This document shows positions 9,257-18,702 of a stretch of DNA of 24,505 nucleotides, in pieces. The stretch is taken from the NCBI GenBank assembly GCA_048885535.1, contig JBHLLO010000041.1, forward strand, positions 1 through 24,505, read 5' to 3'. A program made the translations under genes and the position numbers. The notes under the pieces were generated by a model. That model ran no database searches and was not told where the DNA came from. It saw only the letters and a program-made list of their open reading frames with translations. Each line of letters begins with the position of its first letter. The stretch's first letter is position 1. The DNA is from Candidatus Hermodarchaeota archaeon. GTDB taxonomy: Archaea > Asgardarchaeota > Lokiarchaeia > Sigyniarchaeales > SOKP01.

Positions 9257-11074
9257 ATGTATGATTCGCTTTCAGAAGATGACAAAGAAATGTATCTAGA
9301 TGTTTTACGAGAAGCACCAATCCTACCCTTCTCAAATTTCGTCTCAAGGGGAGATATCCCCGATCGTATCGATGTAGCTCGCCCTCGAAGTTACATAGAT
9401 AGAGAAGTGTATAGATTAGTTCGCCAAACTTATCGAGATCGAAGTAGTCGATTAATTCCAATCCTCGGAAGTGCTGGAACAGGTAAAACACATGCATACC
9501 ACTCCTTTAAGGATAAAGAACGTGAAAATAAGAAAAAGATGGAACAAACTGAAGAGGAAGAGGAAATCGAAGTAAGTCAGATGGAACCAGTAGATTGGAA
9601 CATAGTCTATGTACCTAGCCCTCCAGCAAGTATTAGGGTTTTACTTCATGTATATACATGCCTGATTGAAGAATTAGGTGCTGAAATTCTTGATAAAGTC
9701 TCAGAAAAGTTAGTAAGAGAGAAATGGGGTGGAAAAAAAGGGGGCATTTTTCAAAAACCCAAAGTTGACGAAGTAATCCAAAAGGGAATAAGAGAATTCC
9801 CTGGTGTTTTCGCAGATTGTGTTAAAGCCTTAGTCCTATACCAACTTGACAAAAGTAAGAAAGCTTTAGCAGAACGATGGCTACTTGGCGAGGATTTAGA
9901 GGATGAAGAGCTAACTGAACTAGGAATTAATAGCGTCGTCGAGGAGGATGATGTGTGCCTAGCTATGATTAAAATTATTACAGAGAATTTGGATACTGTT
10001 CTTATTTTATATTTTGATGAATTAGAATCTCCATATCGTATGCTTGGTGAAGCTGCTGAACAAAAATTTCTTGAAATATTAAAGAGATTATATAATGAAG
10101 TAAAAGGCTTAGTTATTATTGTTGCGGTTTTGAAGGAGATTTGGCCTCGTATTCTAGAAATAGCAGACCAACCTCTACGCTCACGAATGGAACCTGAGCA
10201 AGATCTAAAGCCATTCAGTCTTAATGATCTAAAAATATTTTATTCAAGAACAATGGAGACTTTTTGGGATGATAATAATTTGAATCCTCCTCTCTATCCA
10301 TTGTTCCCCTTAAATGAAAAAATAATTGAAATGATTTATGAAAAAACTCAAGGAAATCCAAGGGGTTCTATTAAACTCTGCAGAAGGTTCATCGAAAAAA
10401 TTGTAATGGAAGAGATGAGTGTAGAAGAACTAATGGAGGTTGGAGCTGAAATAGTTGCATCTCCAAAACCGCCTACAATTGAGGAGGAAGAAATTGTTGA
10501 TTTTTCAAAACCTCGAGAGGTTATAAAGAAAACGATTGAAGAAATTCTAGCAGAAGAAGAGTATGCCATAGATGTGAACCCATCTTCTGTAGCTGGAGCA
10601 ACTTTAAAGAGTATTATCAAGATTGGTGAAGAAAAAGGCAAGAAGTTTAAAACACAGATGGAATATAAGTTCATGTTGGGTAAAAGAAGTCAGACATTAG
10701 CGGCTTTAGTTGAAGTTGGTGATAAGAAATGGGGTCTTGAAATACCTTCAATAAAAACATTTGATCGAAGTGCAGGAGTCGCAGGGTATTATGCTGCCAA
10801 ACGCTTAAAGGATGCTATCGACACAGATGCAATTGATGCCGCTATACTAATAGTCCCAACAGGAAGTGCTGGAGCGAAATTTGAATTGATATTGGAAAAT
10901 AATCCAAATATTCACAAATTCGAGCTTGATAATAAGACAGGTGAAGAATTAATCTCTAATGCGCTTACTTATCCTAGTAAAGAAGGTTGGAATATCGCAA
11001 AGATTTTATTCCCAGATATAGGAGAATATAAACCTCCTGAGGAGGAAGCCCCTTCTGAGGATTTAGAAAGTTAA
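9257..11074 (+). CDS. Large P-loop/AAA+-like ATPase with uncharacterised C-terminal alpha/beta domain
   Basis: Walker A GSAGTGKT, Walker B LILYFDELE, Arg-finger-like LRSRM, GNPR sensor motif after LFPL. Confidence 0.85.
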   Translation: MYDSLSEDDKEMYLDVLREAPILPFSNFVSRGDIPDRIDVARPRSYIDREVYRLVRQTYRDRSSRLIPILGSAGTGKTHAYHSFKDKERENKKKMEQTEEEEEIEVSQMEPVDWNIVYVPSPPASIRVLLHVYTCLIEELGAEILDKVSEKLVREKWGGKKGGIFQKPKVDEVIQKGIREFPGVFADCVKALVLYQLDKSKKALAERWLLGEDLEDEELTELGINSVVEEDDVCLAMIKIITENLDTVLILYFDELESPYRMLGEAAEQKFLEILKRLYNEVKGLVIIVAVLKEIWPRILEIADQPLRSRMEPEQDLKPFSLNDLKIFYSRTMETFWDDNNLNPPLYPLFPLNEKIIEMIYEKTQGNPRGSIKLCRRFIEKIVMEEMSVEELMEVGAEIVASPKPPTIEEEEIVDFSKPREVIKKTIEEILAEEEYAIDVNPSSVAGATLKSIIKIGEEKGKKFKTQMEYKFMLGKRSQTLAALVEVGDKKWGLEIPSIKTFDRSAGVAGYYAAKRLKDAIDTDAIDAAILIVPTGSAGAKFELILENNPNIHKFELDNKTGEELISNALTYPSKEGWNIAKILFPDIGEYKPPEEEAPSEDLES

Positions 11075-11103
11075 AATCATGTTATATTTGGGTTTTTTAC
11101 TAT

Positions 11104-12036
11104 TTATTTTTGAAAATTTTGGAAATAATCTTTAAATTTCTTATCCAAACTGAATAATTCTTTCGCTAGTTGATCAGCTCTTTTAATATCATCAGAAATT
11201 TTAGACAAAGATTCAGATATACCTGGTTCTTCAAAAGAATTTGATATGTTGATTAATCTATTTACTGGTTTTATCATTTCATGGTATAAATGGAGCTTAT
11301 TTTGATGGAACAGTTCTATTAGCCTTTCAACCTCTTTTAGCATTAAATCACGCTCTTTGATTAATTCGGGAAATGCATCAACTTGTTCCGCTTTACTTTC
11401 CAAAAAAGATTGTATTTCTAACTCTTGAATAGTTCCCGCTAATTCTGCTGCTTTTAAAAAGCTTTTTTTAGCTTTTTTGTACATTTTTTCATTAAGAAGT
11501 TGTTCAGCAAGTACAACTTCTTCTGATAATTTTTCAGGTACCTCTTCACCAAGGGCAATCAATTCTCTTGCTTCTTGTAGTTTACCGTTGTCTAGCATTT
11601 TTTTAGTTTTCTCATTTATGGTATCTTTAATTAAAGTAGGCTCTTTTAATCTTTCTATCAATGAAAAAATCGAATTCAATTCGCTCTTTAATAAATCTTC
11701 CATTCGGGTTCTATCTTTAGAAAAGTTTTGGATTATTTTACCTGCAATCTGCTTTATCACGCTTTTCATTGACACTAGATCTTCTTCTTCTTTTAGAATA
11801 AATGCTATGTATAGATTATCTTTTTCAATAGTTTTTGCATCAACCTTGCTAGAAAAATACCTTAATTCATTTTTTCGCACGGAAACATTCAGAAATTCCT
11901 TCTCAATATGATTTTCTATAAATTCCTTTAAAATTTCAGCTGATATTTTGTTACTTTCGGTTAAGTAATATTCCGCACGGATATTAGGTCCAAAAGATTC
12001 ATCTATTTCATAAAGAACAATTCCAACTGGTGACAT
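11104..12036 (-). CDS. Putative uDENN/longin-like domain protein with helical (TPR/coiled-coil-like) C-terminus
   Basis: N-terminal GIVLYEIDESFGPNI (hhhh.FD...GP-like motif) in an ~130-aa alpha/beta region, followed by an all-helical charged region. Confidence 0.6.
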   Translation of the reverse strand: MSPVGIVLYEIDESFGPNIRAEYYLTESNKISAEILKEFIENHIEKEFLNVSVRKNELRYFSSKVDAKTIEKDNLYIAFILKEEEDLVSMKSVIKQIAGKIIQNFSKDRTRMEDLLKSELNSIFSLIERLKEPTLIKDTINEKTKKMLDNGKLQEARELIALGEEVPEKLSEEVVLAEQLLNEKMYKKAKKSFLKAAELAGTIQELEIQSFLESKAEQVDAFPELIKERDLMLKEVERLIELFHQNKLHLYHEMIKPVNRLINISNSFEEPGISESLSKISDDIKRADQLAKELFSLDKKFKDYFQNFQK

Positions 12037-12182
12037 TTTAACTAACTCATTATCATTTATTTATTAAAACTAAATATAATTAATAGTTAAATTGCATTTA
12101 ATTTTAAAATTTGTTTCCTTCTTAATTTCTCATTATTAAAAATAAATTGAGAGCCATAGTTTATCTAATTGAAGATCTTTCT

Positions 12183-12866
12183 TTACTTCTTGTATTTAAA
12201 AACTTCTTCTCCTTTCATGGAATTAATAGAAAGTCCATTTTTATATCTTGCATATTTCTCGTATTTCTCTTCAAAAACGTGATCTATTTCTTCTAAAGGT
12301 AAATCAGCATAAATTCCTCTATCTTTTATATATTCCCCAAAAAGATTACCTTCATCATCATAGGGGGGGAAAACCGCATCAGATTCACCATCAAATTCCA
12401 CCATCGGAAGGAAACCTCCTTTTTTAGCAGTTGCAGTATCGAAAGACGGTGTTAACTTTAACCATTTCCCATCTAAATAAAATTCACTATATCCATGGTA
12501 ATACATAACATTATGGCCCATGAAATCAATAACCCTTTGAGAAACTTTATGATTTATTAAATCAGCTAAATGAATACGAGCAGGAATTTCAATAGCTCTT
12601 GCAAAGGAAGATAATAAAATAGATTTAGACACACAAAAACCGTTTCTTCTTCGTAAAGTAACACTTGCCTTGAAATTAGATTTTGAATTGGGTAAATATG
12701 TTGCCATATTGTATTTAATTTCATTTCTTACCCAATAAAATAATGCAATAGCTTTTTCTTTGACGGTTTCTAACCCTTTAACGATATCATTTACTTGGTT
12801 TTTTACGATTCTTTTGTCAAAGTCAAAGAATTCCGTAGGTTGCAGATAAATTGAAAAATCCTCCAT
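12183..12866 (-). CDS. Transglutaminase-like cysteine protease domain protein
   Basis: YLQPTEFFD, LFYWVRNEIKY, GFCVSKSILL..FARA..IPAR (Cys), YHGYSE (His), W...TP.FD. Confidence 0.88.
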   Translation of the reverse strand: MEDFSIYLQPTEFFDFDKRIVKNQVNDIVKGLETVKEKAIALFYWVRNEIKYNMATYLPNSKSNFKASVTLRRRNGFCVSKSILLSSFARAIEIPARIHLADLINHKVSQRVIDFMGHNVMYYHGYSEFYLDGKWLKLTPSFDTATAKKGGFLPMVEFDGESDAVFPPYDDEGNLFGEYIKDRGIYADLPLEEIDHVFEEKYEKYARYKNGLSINSMKGEEVFKYKK

Positions 12867-12983
12867 GATAAAATAAAATCGAGATCCTTTTATAATATTT
12901 TTATTCTCTTTAAAGTATTAGCTAAAATTTCTTTATTAAGAGAACTTGATTAATGATAATACCGATTTGAGAAAATAAAAAAA

Positions 12984-14402
12984 TTAGAGAGATTTTAAGG
13001 CTTCTATTAGAGATTTTTCAAATAGTTCGCATACCTTATCAGTTTCTTCGTCATTTATAACAAGTGGGGGTTTTATTTTTAAAGTGTTTTGGATGTAATA
13101 GCCCGCTGTAGACATAATCTGCATCTGTTCACCAAAAAAGATTCCATTTTTCCACCCAATGTGAATCATCTTGTTTAATAACTCATTATGAGGTTCACGA
13201 GATTCAACATCTTTTATAAACTCAACTCCAATAAATAACCCAGGTCCCCTGATATCACCAATCTGTGGAAGTTCTTCTGAGAGATCCTTGATAAATGAGG
13301 AGATTTTACTACCCTGCTTTGCAGCATTTTCAGGTATCTTATGTTTTAGTAAAATTTCAATGTTTATTAAACATGAGGCCATTGCTAATGGAGGTGAGGA
13401 AAAAGTTGAATGTTCTTCAAATTCTGTCAATCCACGTAATTTAGGTGAAGCTATAGTAATTCCTATTGGAACTCCCGCTGCTGCAGCTTTAGTTAACGTC
13501 ATAATATCTGGAGAAACGTCTTTATTATAAGTTGATTCATACCATTCCGTTGCAAACATTTTTCCAGTACGTCCAAATCCAGTTTGAGCCTCATCATATA
13601 TCAATAAAATGTTATTCTTTTTACATAATTCTTTTAAACCCATTAAAAAATCTACTGGAGCAGGAATTTGCCCTCCTGGACCTTGCATTGGTTCAATGAT
13701 ACACCCAATTGGAGTGCCGTTTGCATACATCTCTATTTTTTGGCGAACCATTTCTAAACATTCAAGGTTACATGATTTATCGCGTAATCCCCTATAACCT
13801 TCTTGATAATTCCAGGGGCATCGATAACAATATGGATAAAAAACTCGCATCCAGTGTTCACGTCCAAAACCAGAAAACCTCATGGGTAAACGCTGAGAAG
13901 CACCCATCATTACTAAACTTGAACCGTGATAAGCCCTTCTAAAAACGATAAACTGATCTCCTCTCTTATTATTGATCATTGCTACTCTCAATGAACACTC
14001 AAGAGCCCACCCACCTCCGGAGTTGTTAACACTCACCCTACCACCTTTTAATTGACCAGGGGCGATCTCTGCTATCTTATTAGTGAATCTTATTCTAACT
14101 GGAGTTAAAAAATAGGACCATGTATGAGTATTTATTTGAGATTGCAAACCTAAAGTATAACTAATATCTGGATTGTTATGTCCTAAATTGAATACCCAAG
14201 CCTGAGATGTACAGTCTAAAATCTCACGACCTTCTTTAGTTTTGAAATATATCGATCCTGGTTCAGTACTCCCCGTAACTATATGCTCTCGAACGTTTAC
14301 TAAGAGATGATTTTTGCTACATTTATTAATTTCATCTTCAGTTAAAGGAGCTGTTAATAAATTGTGTATCTCTTCTTCTGTTAAATACTTCGGTTTATGC
14401 AT
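12984..14402 (-). CDS. Class III PLP-dependent aminotransferase (GabT/ArgD-like)
   Basis: NLGHNNP, AYHGSS, IEPMQGPGG, DEAQTGFGRTG, PDIMTLTK (PLP lysine), RGPGLFIGVE, IKPPL. Confidence 0.93.
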   Translation of the reverse strand: MHKPKYLTEEEIHNLLTAPLTEDEINKCSKNHLLVNVREHIVTGSTEPGSIYFKTKEGREILDCTSQAWVFNLGHNNPDISYTLGLQSQINTHTWSYFLTPVRIRFTNKIAEIAPGQLKGGRVSVNNSGGGWALECSLRVAMINNKRGDQFIVFRRAYHGSSLVMMGASQRLPMRFSGFGREHWMRVFYPYCYRCPWNYQEGYRGLRDKSCNLECLEMVRQKIEMYANGTPIGCIIEPMQGPGGQIPAPVDFLMGLKELCKKNNILLIYDEAQTGFGRTGKMFATEWYESTYNKDVSPDIMTLTKAAAAGVPIGITIASPKLRGLTEFEEHSTFSSPPLAMASCLINIEILLKHKIPENAAKQGSKISSFIKDLSEELPQIGDIRGPGLFIGVEFIKDVESREPHNELLNKMIHIGWKNGIFFGEQMQIMSTAGYYIQNTLKIKPPLVINDEETDKVCELFEKSLIEALKSL

Positions 14403-14680
14403 TTAACTTCAACAAATTTGTAATGTAAAATTTTTTTTAAAAAATATATAGAACTTCATGATATATAATACTTCTCTGAGGTAATTTTATACAGGAAAAA
14501 GGAGAATCTCGAGTTTTAAATTTATAAAATCAAAGATTTAATGTGAAAACAATGAATTTTTATAAAGAAAAATCAAAAAGGAGATAATTTTTTAAATAGG
14601 TATTTTTAAAAGATTGGTTTTAGAATGTATTTATTGGAATTAGGAGTACTAAATAATAATTATACATGGTGGTCATAAAT

Positions 14681-14878
14681 ATGAAAAAAAGTCTTAAAAG
14701 TATAAAATCCAGAATATATGATGATTCGGTTCTAATAAAAGCAAATGAATTGAATGAACTTGATCATTATAAAAAGGAATTAATAGAAGAGGAAAAAGAT
14801 TGGGATGAAGAATTTAAAGAAGAAGAAGAAAGGGGATACAATGATTATAATTGGCATGAAGGAGATTATGATTCTTAG
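14681..14878 (+). CDS. Small, very acidic hypothetical protein
   Basis: ORF 14666-14878 (likely start MKKSLK at 14681); basic N-terminus, D/E-rich C-terminus; its stop overlaps the convergent gene's stop (14875-14878). Confidence 0.6.
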   Translation: MKKSLKSIKSRIYDDSVLIKANELNELDHYKKELIEEEKDWDEEFKEEEERGYNDYNWHEGDYDS

Positions 14879-16140
14879 ATTTTGGAAGCAACAAAATCAA
14901 TAATGTCCATTATTTTTATCTTATTTTCAGCTGCCTGATTCATCTCTCTAAGGGAGTCATTTAAATTCCCGATGCAAAACGGACAACTGGTTAACAGTAC
15001 TTGGGCACCAGAGTCAATTGCTTCTTGAACCCTTTCCATTGATATTTTAATTGCCAAGTCAGAAAACTGGCTTTTTACCCCTCCCCCTGCTCCGCAACAC
15101 CATGCATTTTTTCTATTTCTTTTCATTTCAATTAGCTCTATTCCAGGGATCATTTTTATTACTTCTCTTGGAACATCATATAAATTCATATGGCGCCCTA
15201 AGTGACAAGGATCATGATATGTGACCTTAACTTTATCTCCAAATTCGCTTTTAAATGCAATTTGTTTGTTTCTAAGCAAGTCTATTAATATCTCTGTTAT
15301 ATGTTTTACTTCAAATGGCAATTTATCACCAATTATTTCGGGATAATCTTTTTTCCATGTTCGATAACATCCCGCACAGGCAGTAAATAAAGTTTTAGTC
15401 CCCTTACTTTTAAAGACATTAACATTATGCTTAATTAATTCAGATAAAGATTTTTCGTCACCAATCCGTAGGGCTATAGATCCACAGCACCATTCATCCC
15501 TAGATATGGCAATATTTTTTCCTGCTGTTGTTAAAATCTTCATCATATTCTTCAAAGTAGTTACTTGTCTCAAGGGCATTGTACACCCACCAAAAAACAT
15601 CAATTCTCCAGCTCCCTTAAGTTCAGGAAATTGATTTATCCAGTCGAGTTTTTTCTTTTTCTCCTCTCCATATGGATTCCTCATCTTATCTTCATTCATA
15701 TATTCAAGCAAACTATCATGTCGTACAAGAGGTGCAAAGCCAGCTTCGACTAAATCTTTCCTTAATGCCTCCCATACTTTAACATGATCAATCCAGTTAC
15801 AGGTAGGAAGTATTATGTTTTCATTTTGAGTCATATGGCAAACTTCAGTGCAATTTTTACACTCACTACACTGGTAAACCCATTCAGCCAATTCCTTACT
15901 CAGAGGAATCTGTCCCTGTAGAATGCTTTTAAGAACATTCATTCTACCTCGCGAAAAGTAGAGTTCGAATCCTTCATCTTCCTTTGCTTCTTTAACGGGA
16001 CAAGTTAAATATCTTCCAACGGCAGTTCTAATGGCATAACCACAATCTCCGCATCCCATCTGCACACTTTAGTAAATCTAAAGTCTTATACATGAGAAGA
16101 TTGCTTTCCATTCTTTCCTTAAATATTTTAATTCACTCAT
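14875..16140 (-). CDS. (Fe-S)-binding oxidoreductase, GlcF/HdrD-like (2x[4Fe-4S] plus two CCG domains), interrupted by a 30-nt candidate intron; ~411 aa if spliced
   Basis: In-frame ATG at 16140 gives MSELKYLRKEWKAIFSCI-RL*IY*SVQM-GCGDCGYA...TCPV. Second cluster CSECKNCTEVC. CCG domains FFGGC...WCCG...TACAGC and YHDPCHLGR...WCCGAGGG...TSCPFC. Confidence 0.85.
16058..16087 (-). other. Candidate 30-nt bulge-helix-bulge-like mRNA intron (boundaries uncertain by a few nt)
   Basis: Contains in-frame TAG (16078-16080) and TAA (16069-16071) and a perfect 7-bp hairpin ACTTTAG-ATTTA-CTAAAGT; removal restores CxxCxxC. Confidence 0.65.
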
Positions 16141-16157
16141 TTTGTTTAATATTAATA

Positions 16158-17003
16158 TTATTTTTTTATATTAACCAACTTTTGACTAATCTCCCACAGT
16201 TTATATTGTAGAGATTCTTCATATGTTAATTTATGTGATTTTACAGGTTTACAATTCTTGAAATATTTGCCAGTGACTCCTTCTACTTCAGGTGATGAAG
16301 CGAGATATACTGACGTTTTTGCTGCTTCTTCTGGGCTTTTTATCATTGGCGACATTAAGGATAAAAAGATTTTGGAAATTTTTTTGGTTGGAATTGTCAT
16401 TTTTGTTCTCGCATGACCAGGATGAAGTGCATTAACAGTTACACCTGTCCCATTTAATCTACGAGCTAATTCATAAGTGAATAATACTAGCGCAAATTTA
16501 GCATTTGCATATGCTTTTTGAGAAGAATATTTTTTTTCAGACATTAAATCATCAAAATTTATTTTAAAATAAAGATGAATATTAGATGACACATTTATAA
16601 TTCGGGAAGGGGCGCTGCTCTTAATTATATTAAGTAATAGATTTGTTAGTAAGAAATGTGCCAAATAATCGATGGCAAAAGTACACTCATATCCGTCTTC
16701 AGTCTCTTTTCGAGTTCTATTGAACACTCCTGCATTGTTTATTAGAACATGTAAGCATTCATATTTTTGTATATATTCTTTAGCTACATTTTCTACTGAT
16801 TTTAAAGATGCGAGGTCACCAATTAAAAGATCGATATTTTGATTTTTTGTTTTTTCCTTTATTTCAGTTTGGACAAATTCTGTTTTCTCTTGATTTCGAC
16901 ATATCATTACTATATAATATCCCATCCTTGCTAGTTGTAAGGCTGTTTCTTTACCAATCCCTGAAGTAGCTCCTGTGATTACACAAATCTTATTCCTATT
17001 CAT
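16158..17003 (-). CDS. Short-chain dehydrogenase/reductase (retinol-DH/WWOX-like subfamily)
   Basis: VITGATSGIG, LINNAG, RIINVSS, YANAK (YxxxK), NALHPG. Start placed at MNRNK (17003). Confidence 0.93.
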   Translation of the reverse strand: MNRNKICVITGATSGIGKETALQLARMGYYIVMICRNQEKTEFVQTEIKEKTKNQNIDLLIGDLASLKSVENVAKEYIQKYECLHVLINNAGVFNRTRKETEDGYECTFAIDYLAHFLLTNLLLNIIKSSAPSRIINVSSNIHLYFKINFDDLMSEKKYSSQKAYANAKFALVLFTYELARRLNGTGVTVNALHPGHARTKMTIPTKKISKIFLSLMSPMIKSPEEAAKTSVYLASSPEVEGVTGKYFKNCKPVKSHKLTYEESLQYKLWEISQKLVNIKK

Positions 17004-17035
17004 GATTCTTGTATTATTTATATTAATTATCACCT

Positions 17036-18547
17036 TTAACCCCAAAAGTTAAATTTTCCTCTACTTAAAATCATATTCGGATCTAATAATTTTTTAATAG
17101 ATTTCATTAAGTTGTAATAATCTTCTGAATAGGCTCCAATATCAACCATCAAACGAGACATATAATCTCCCATCATATACCATTGCACTCCATATTTAGT
17201 AACCCTTTCTAATAATGATCTCCATAGCTTAAAATTTAACTCTTCAATAATTTTGTGTATTTTTCCATCGTAATAACTCCAAAAACTTGTAAATCCGCAA
17301 GTTATTTCTACATTGTTTCCATCTATTAACATTATTGGTCCACTTCCTGATATTGGGCGAATATTCGTGATTTCAAATATTTTTCTCATATCCGGATCGT
17401 GTTCTATGTCCCATTGGTCAATATCATCTAAAATTTTAGGATAAATATCGATTGGCGCGAAACATTCTGCGGATAAAGGCTGCATTGTTGGAAAAATACC
17501 CCACAAATTATGATAGAATTGCCAATGACCTTGTTCGGTATAATGCCACTTTGCAATATTCCCATCAGAAATTTCAGGACCTAGCGGTTCAGTTTTGTTG
17601 TTTTCCATAATTCTGTCTAACTTTTTAACTTCTTGCTTTAATTCTTCTTCTGAATTGGCTTCAATCGTATAGAAAATTATTCCTCTTTTTTTCTTTAAGT
17701 GGTCCCATAGTGGCATAAATTTTTCTTGTGCTCCAATTCTTAGAAAAAGATCCATCATATACATTAGATCATAGACATCTATCCCTTTTTGTCTAACCTG
17801 CTTCATAATATTGGCAGAGATTTCCCTTTCCTTCCTTGGGAGTTGAAACGATTTGTAGGCAGCATATTCTGGTTTAGGAAATATTTGTAAAGAAATTTTT
17901 GTTTTCACGCCAAAAATGCCGTTATCTCCACAAAATAGCCCAGCTAAGTCAGGCCCATTTCCAAATCTATTAAAAGGGTATTTTGAATGCTTATTTGCTT
18001 GAGACCCTGTCTCGATAATTTCACCAGTAGGTAGAACGACCTCTAATGAAACTAATTGATTAGTACAAGCGCCATACTTGGCACAACCTCCTCCTCCAAC
18101 AGAATGATGAGAAATTCCTCCTCCCACTGAGGCAGACAATCCAGATCCAGGTCCCATGCATCCTGTGTAAAGTCCATATTGGCATAAATATTCATTTAAT
18201 TTTCCCCATGAAATACCAGCTTCAACAGTAACTATTAAATTATCATGATCTAATGTAATTACATTATTCATCCTTTTCATATCTAAAACAATACCATTGT
18301 TTCCAATCGGCTTACTACCGCCAAATTCACATATTCCAGCCCCACGGGGTATAACAGGAATATTTTCTTCATTCGCAACTTTTAAAATTTCTGAGATTTC
18401 TTTAGAATCTTTAGGTCTTATTACTACATCAGGTATACCTTGCAGTACTAAGTCTACATTTCTCGAATAAGCATGTCTTACGTAAATACTATTTGAGATA
18501 TTTTTTGCAGAAACAATTTTTTCCAATTTTTGATATATTTCTGTCAT
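17036..18547 (-). CDS. FAD-binding oxidoreductase, GlcD/D-lactate dehydrogenase (VAO/PCMH) family
   Basis: PDVVIRP, IPRGAG, IVLDMKRMN, VEAG, SVGG, LEVVLPTGE, GPDLAGLFCGDNGIFGV, C-terminal LDPNMIL..GK. Confidence 0.9.
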   Translation of the reverse strand: MTEIYQKLEKIVSAKNISNSIYVRHAYSRNVDLVLQGIPDVVIRPKDSKEISEILKVANEENIPVIPRGAGICEFGGSKPIGNNGIVLDMKRMNNVITLDHDNLIVTVEAGISWGKLNEYLCQYGLYTGCMGPGSGLSASVGGGISHHSVGGGGCAKYGACTNQLVSLEVVLPTGEIIETGSQANKHSKYPFNRFGNGPDLAGLFCGDNGIFGVKTKISLQIFPKPEYAAYKSFQLPRKEREISANIMKQVRQKGIDVYDLMYMMDLFLRIGAQEKFMPLWDHLKKKRGIIFYTIEANSEEELKQEVKKLDRIMENNKTEPLGPEISDGNIAKWHYTEQGHWQFYHNLWGIFPTMQPLSAECFAPIDIYPKILDDIDQWDIEHDPDMRKIFEITNIRPISGSGPIMLIDGNNVEITCGFTSFWSYYDGKIHKIIEELNFKLWRSLLERVTKYGVQWYMMGDYMSRLMVDIGAYSEDYYNLMKSIKKLLDPNMILSRGKFNFWG

Positions 18548-18702
18548 ATTTTTGACTCAAATGGCTAATTTAACGATCTATCTTACTTTAATTAATTAAG
18601 ATTAATCTTTTTAATATTTATAACTTGACCAGTAAAAATTTTCATATTAGATGTATTATTATTGATTAAACACTAAGAGTTTCCAAAAAGGTTTAAGCGG
18701 AT

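Noticed and set aside
14875-16065. ORF-track GTG start at 16065 as the true start
   Set aside because: It drops the first cluster Cys and leaves a 92-nt gap, whereas the in-frame ATG at 16140 supplies the Cys and gives operon-like spacing. Not fully excluded.
16069-16080. Selenocysteine/pyrrolysine or stop read-through as the explanation for the interrupted Fe-S gene
   Set aside because: The stops are TAG and TAA (no TGA), and read-through would leave 10 extra residues inside the CxxC motif.
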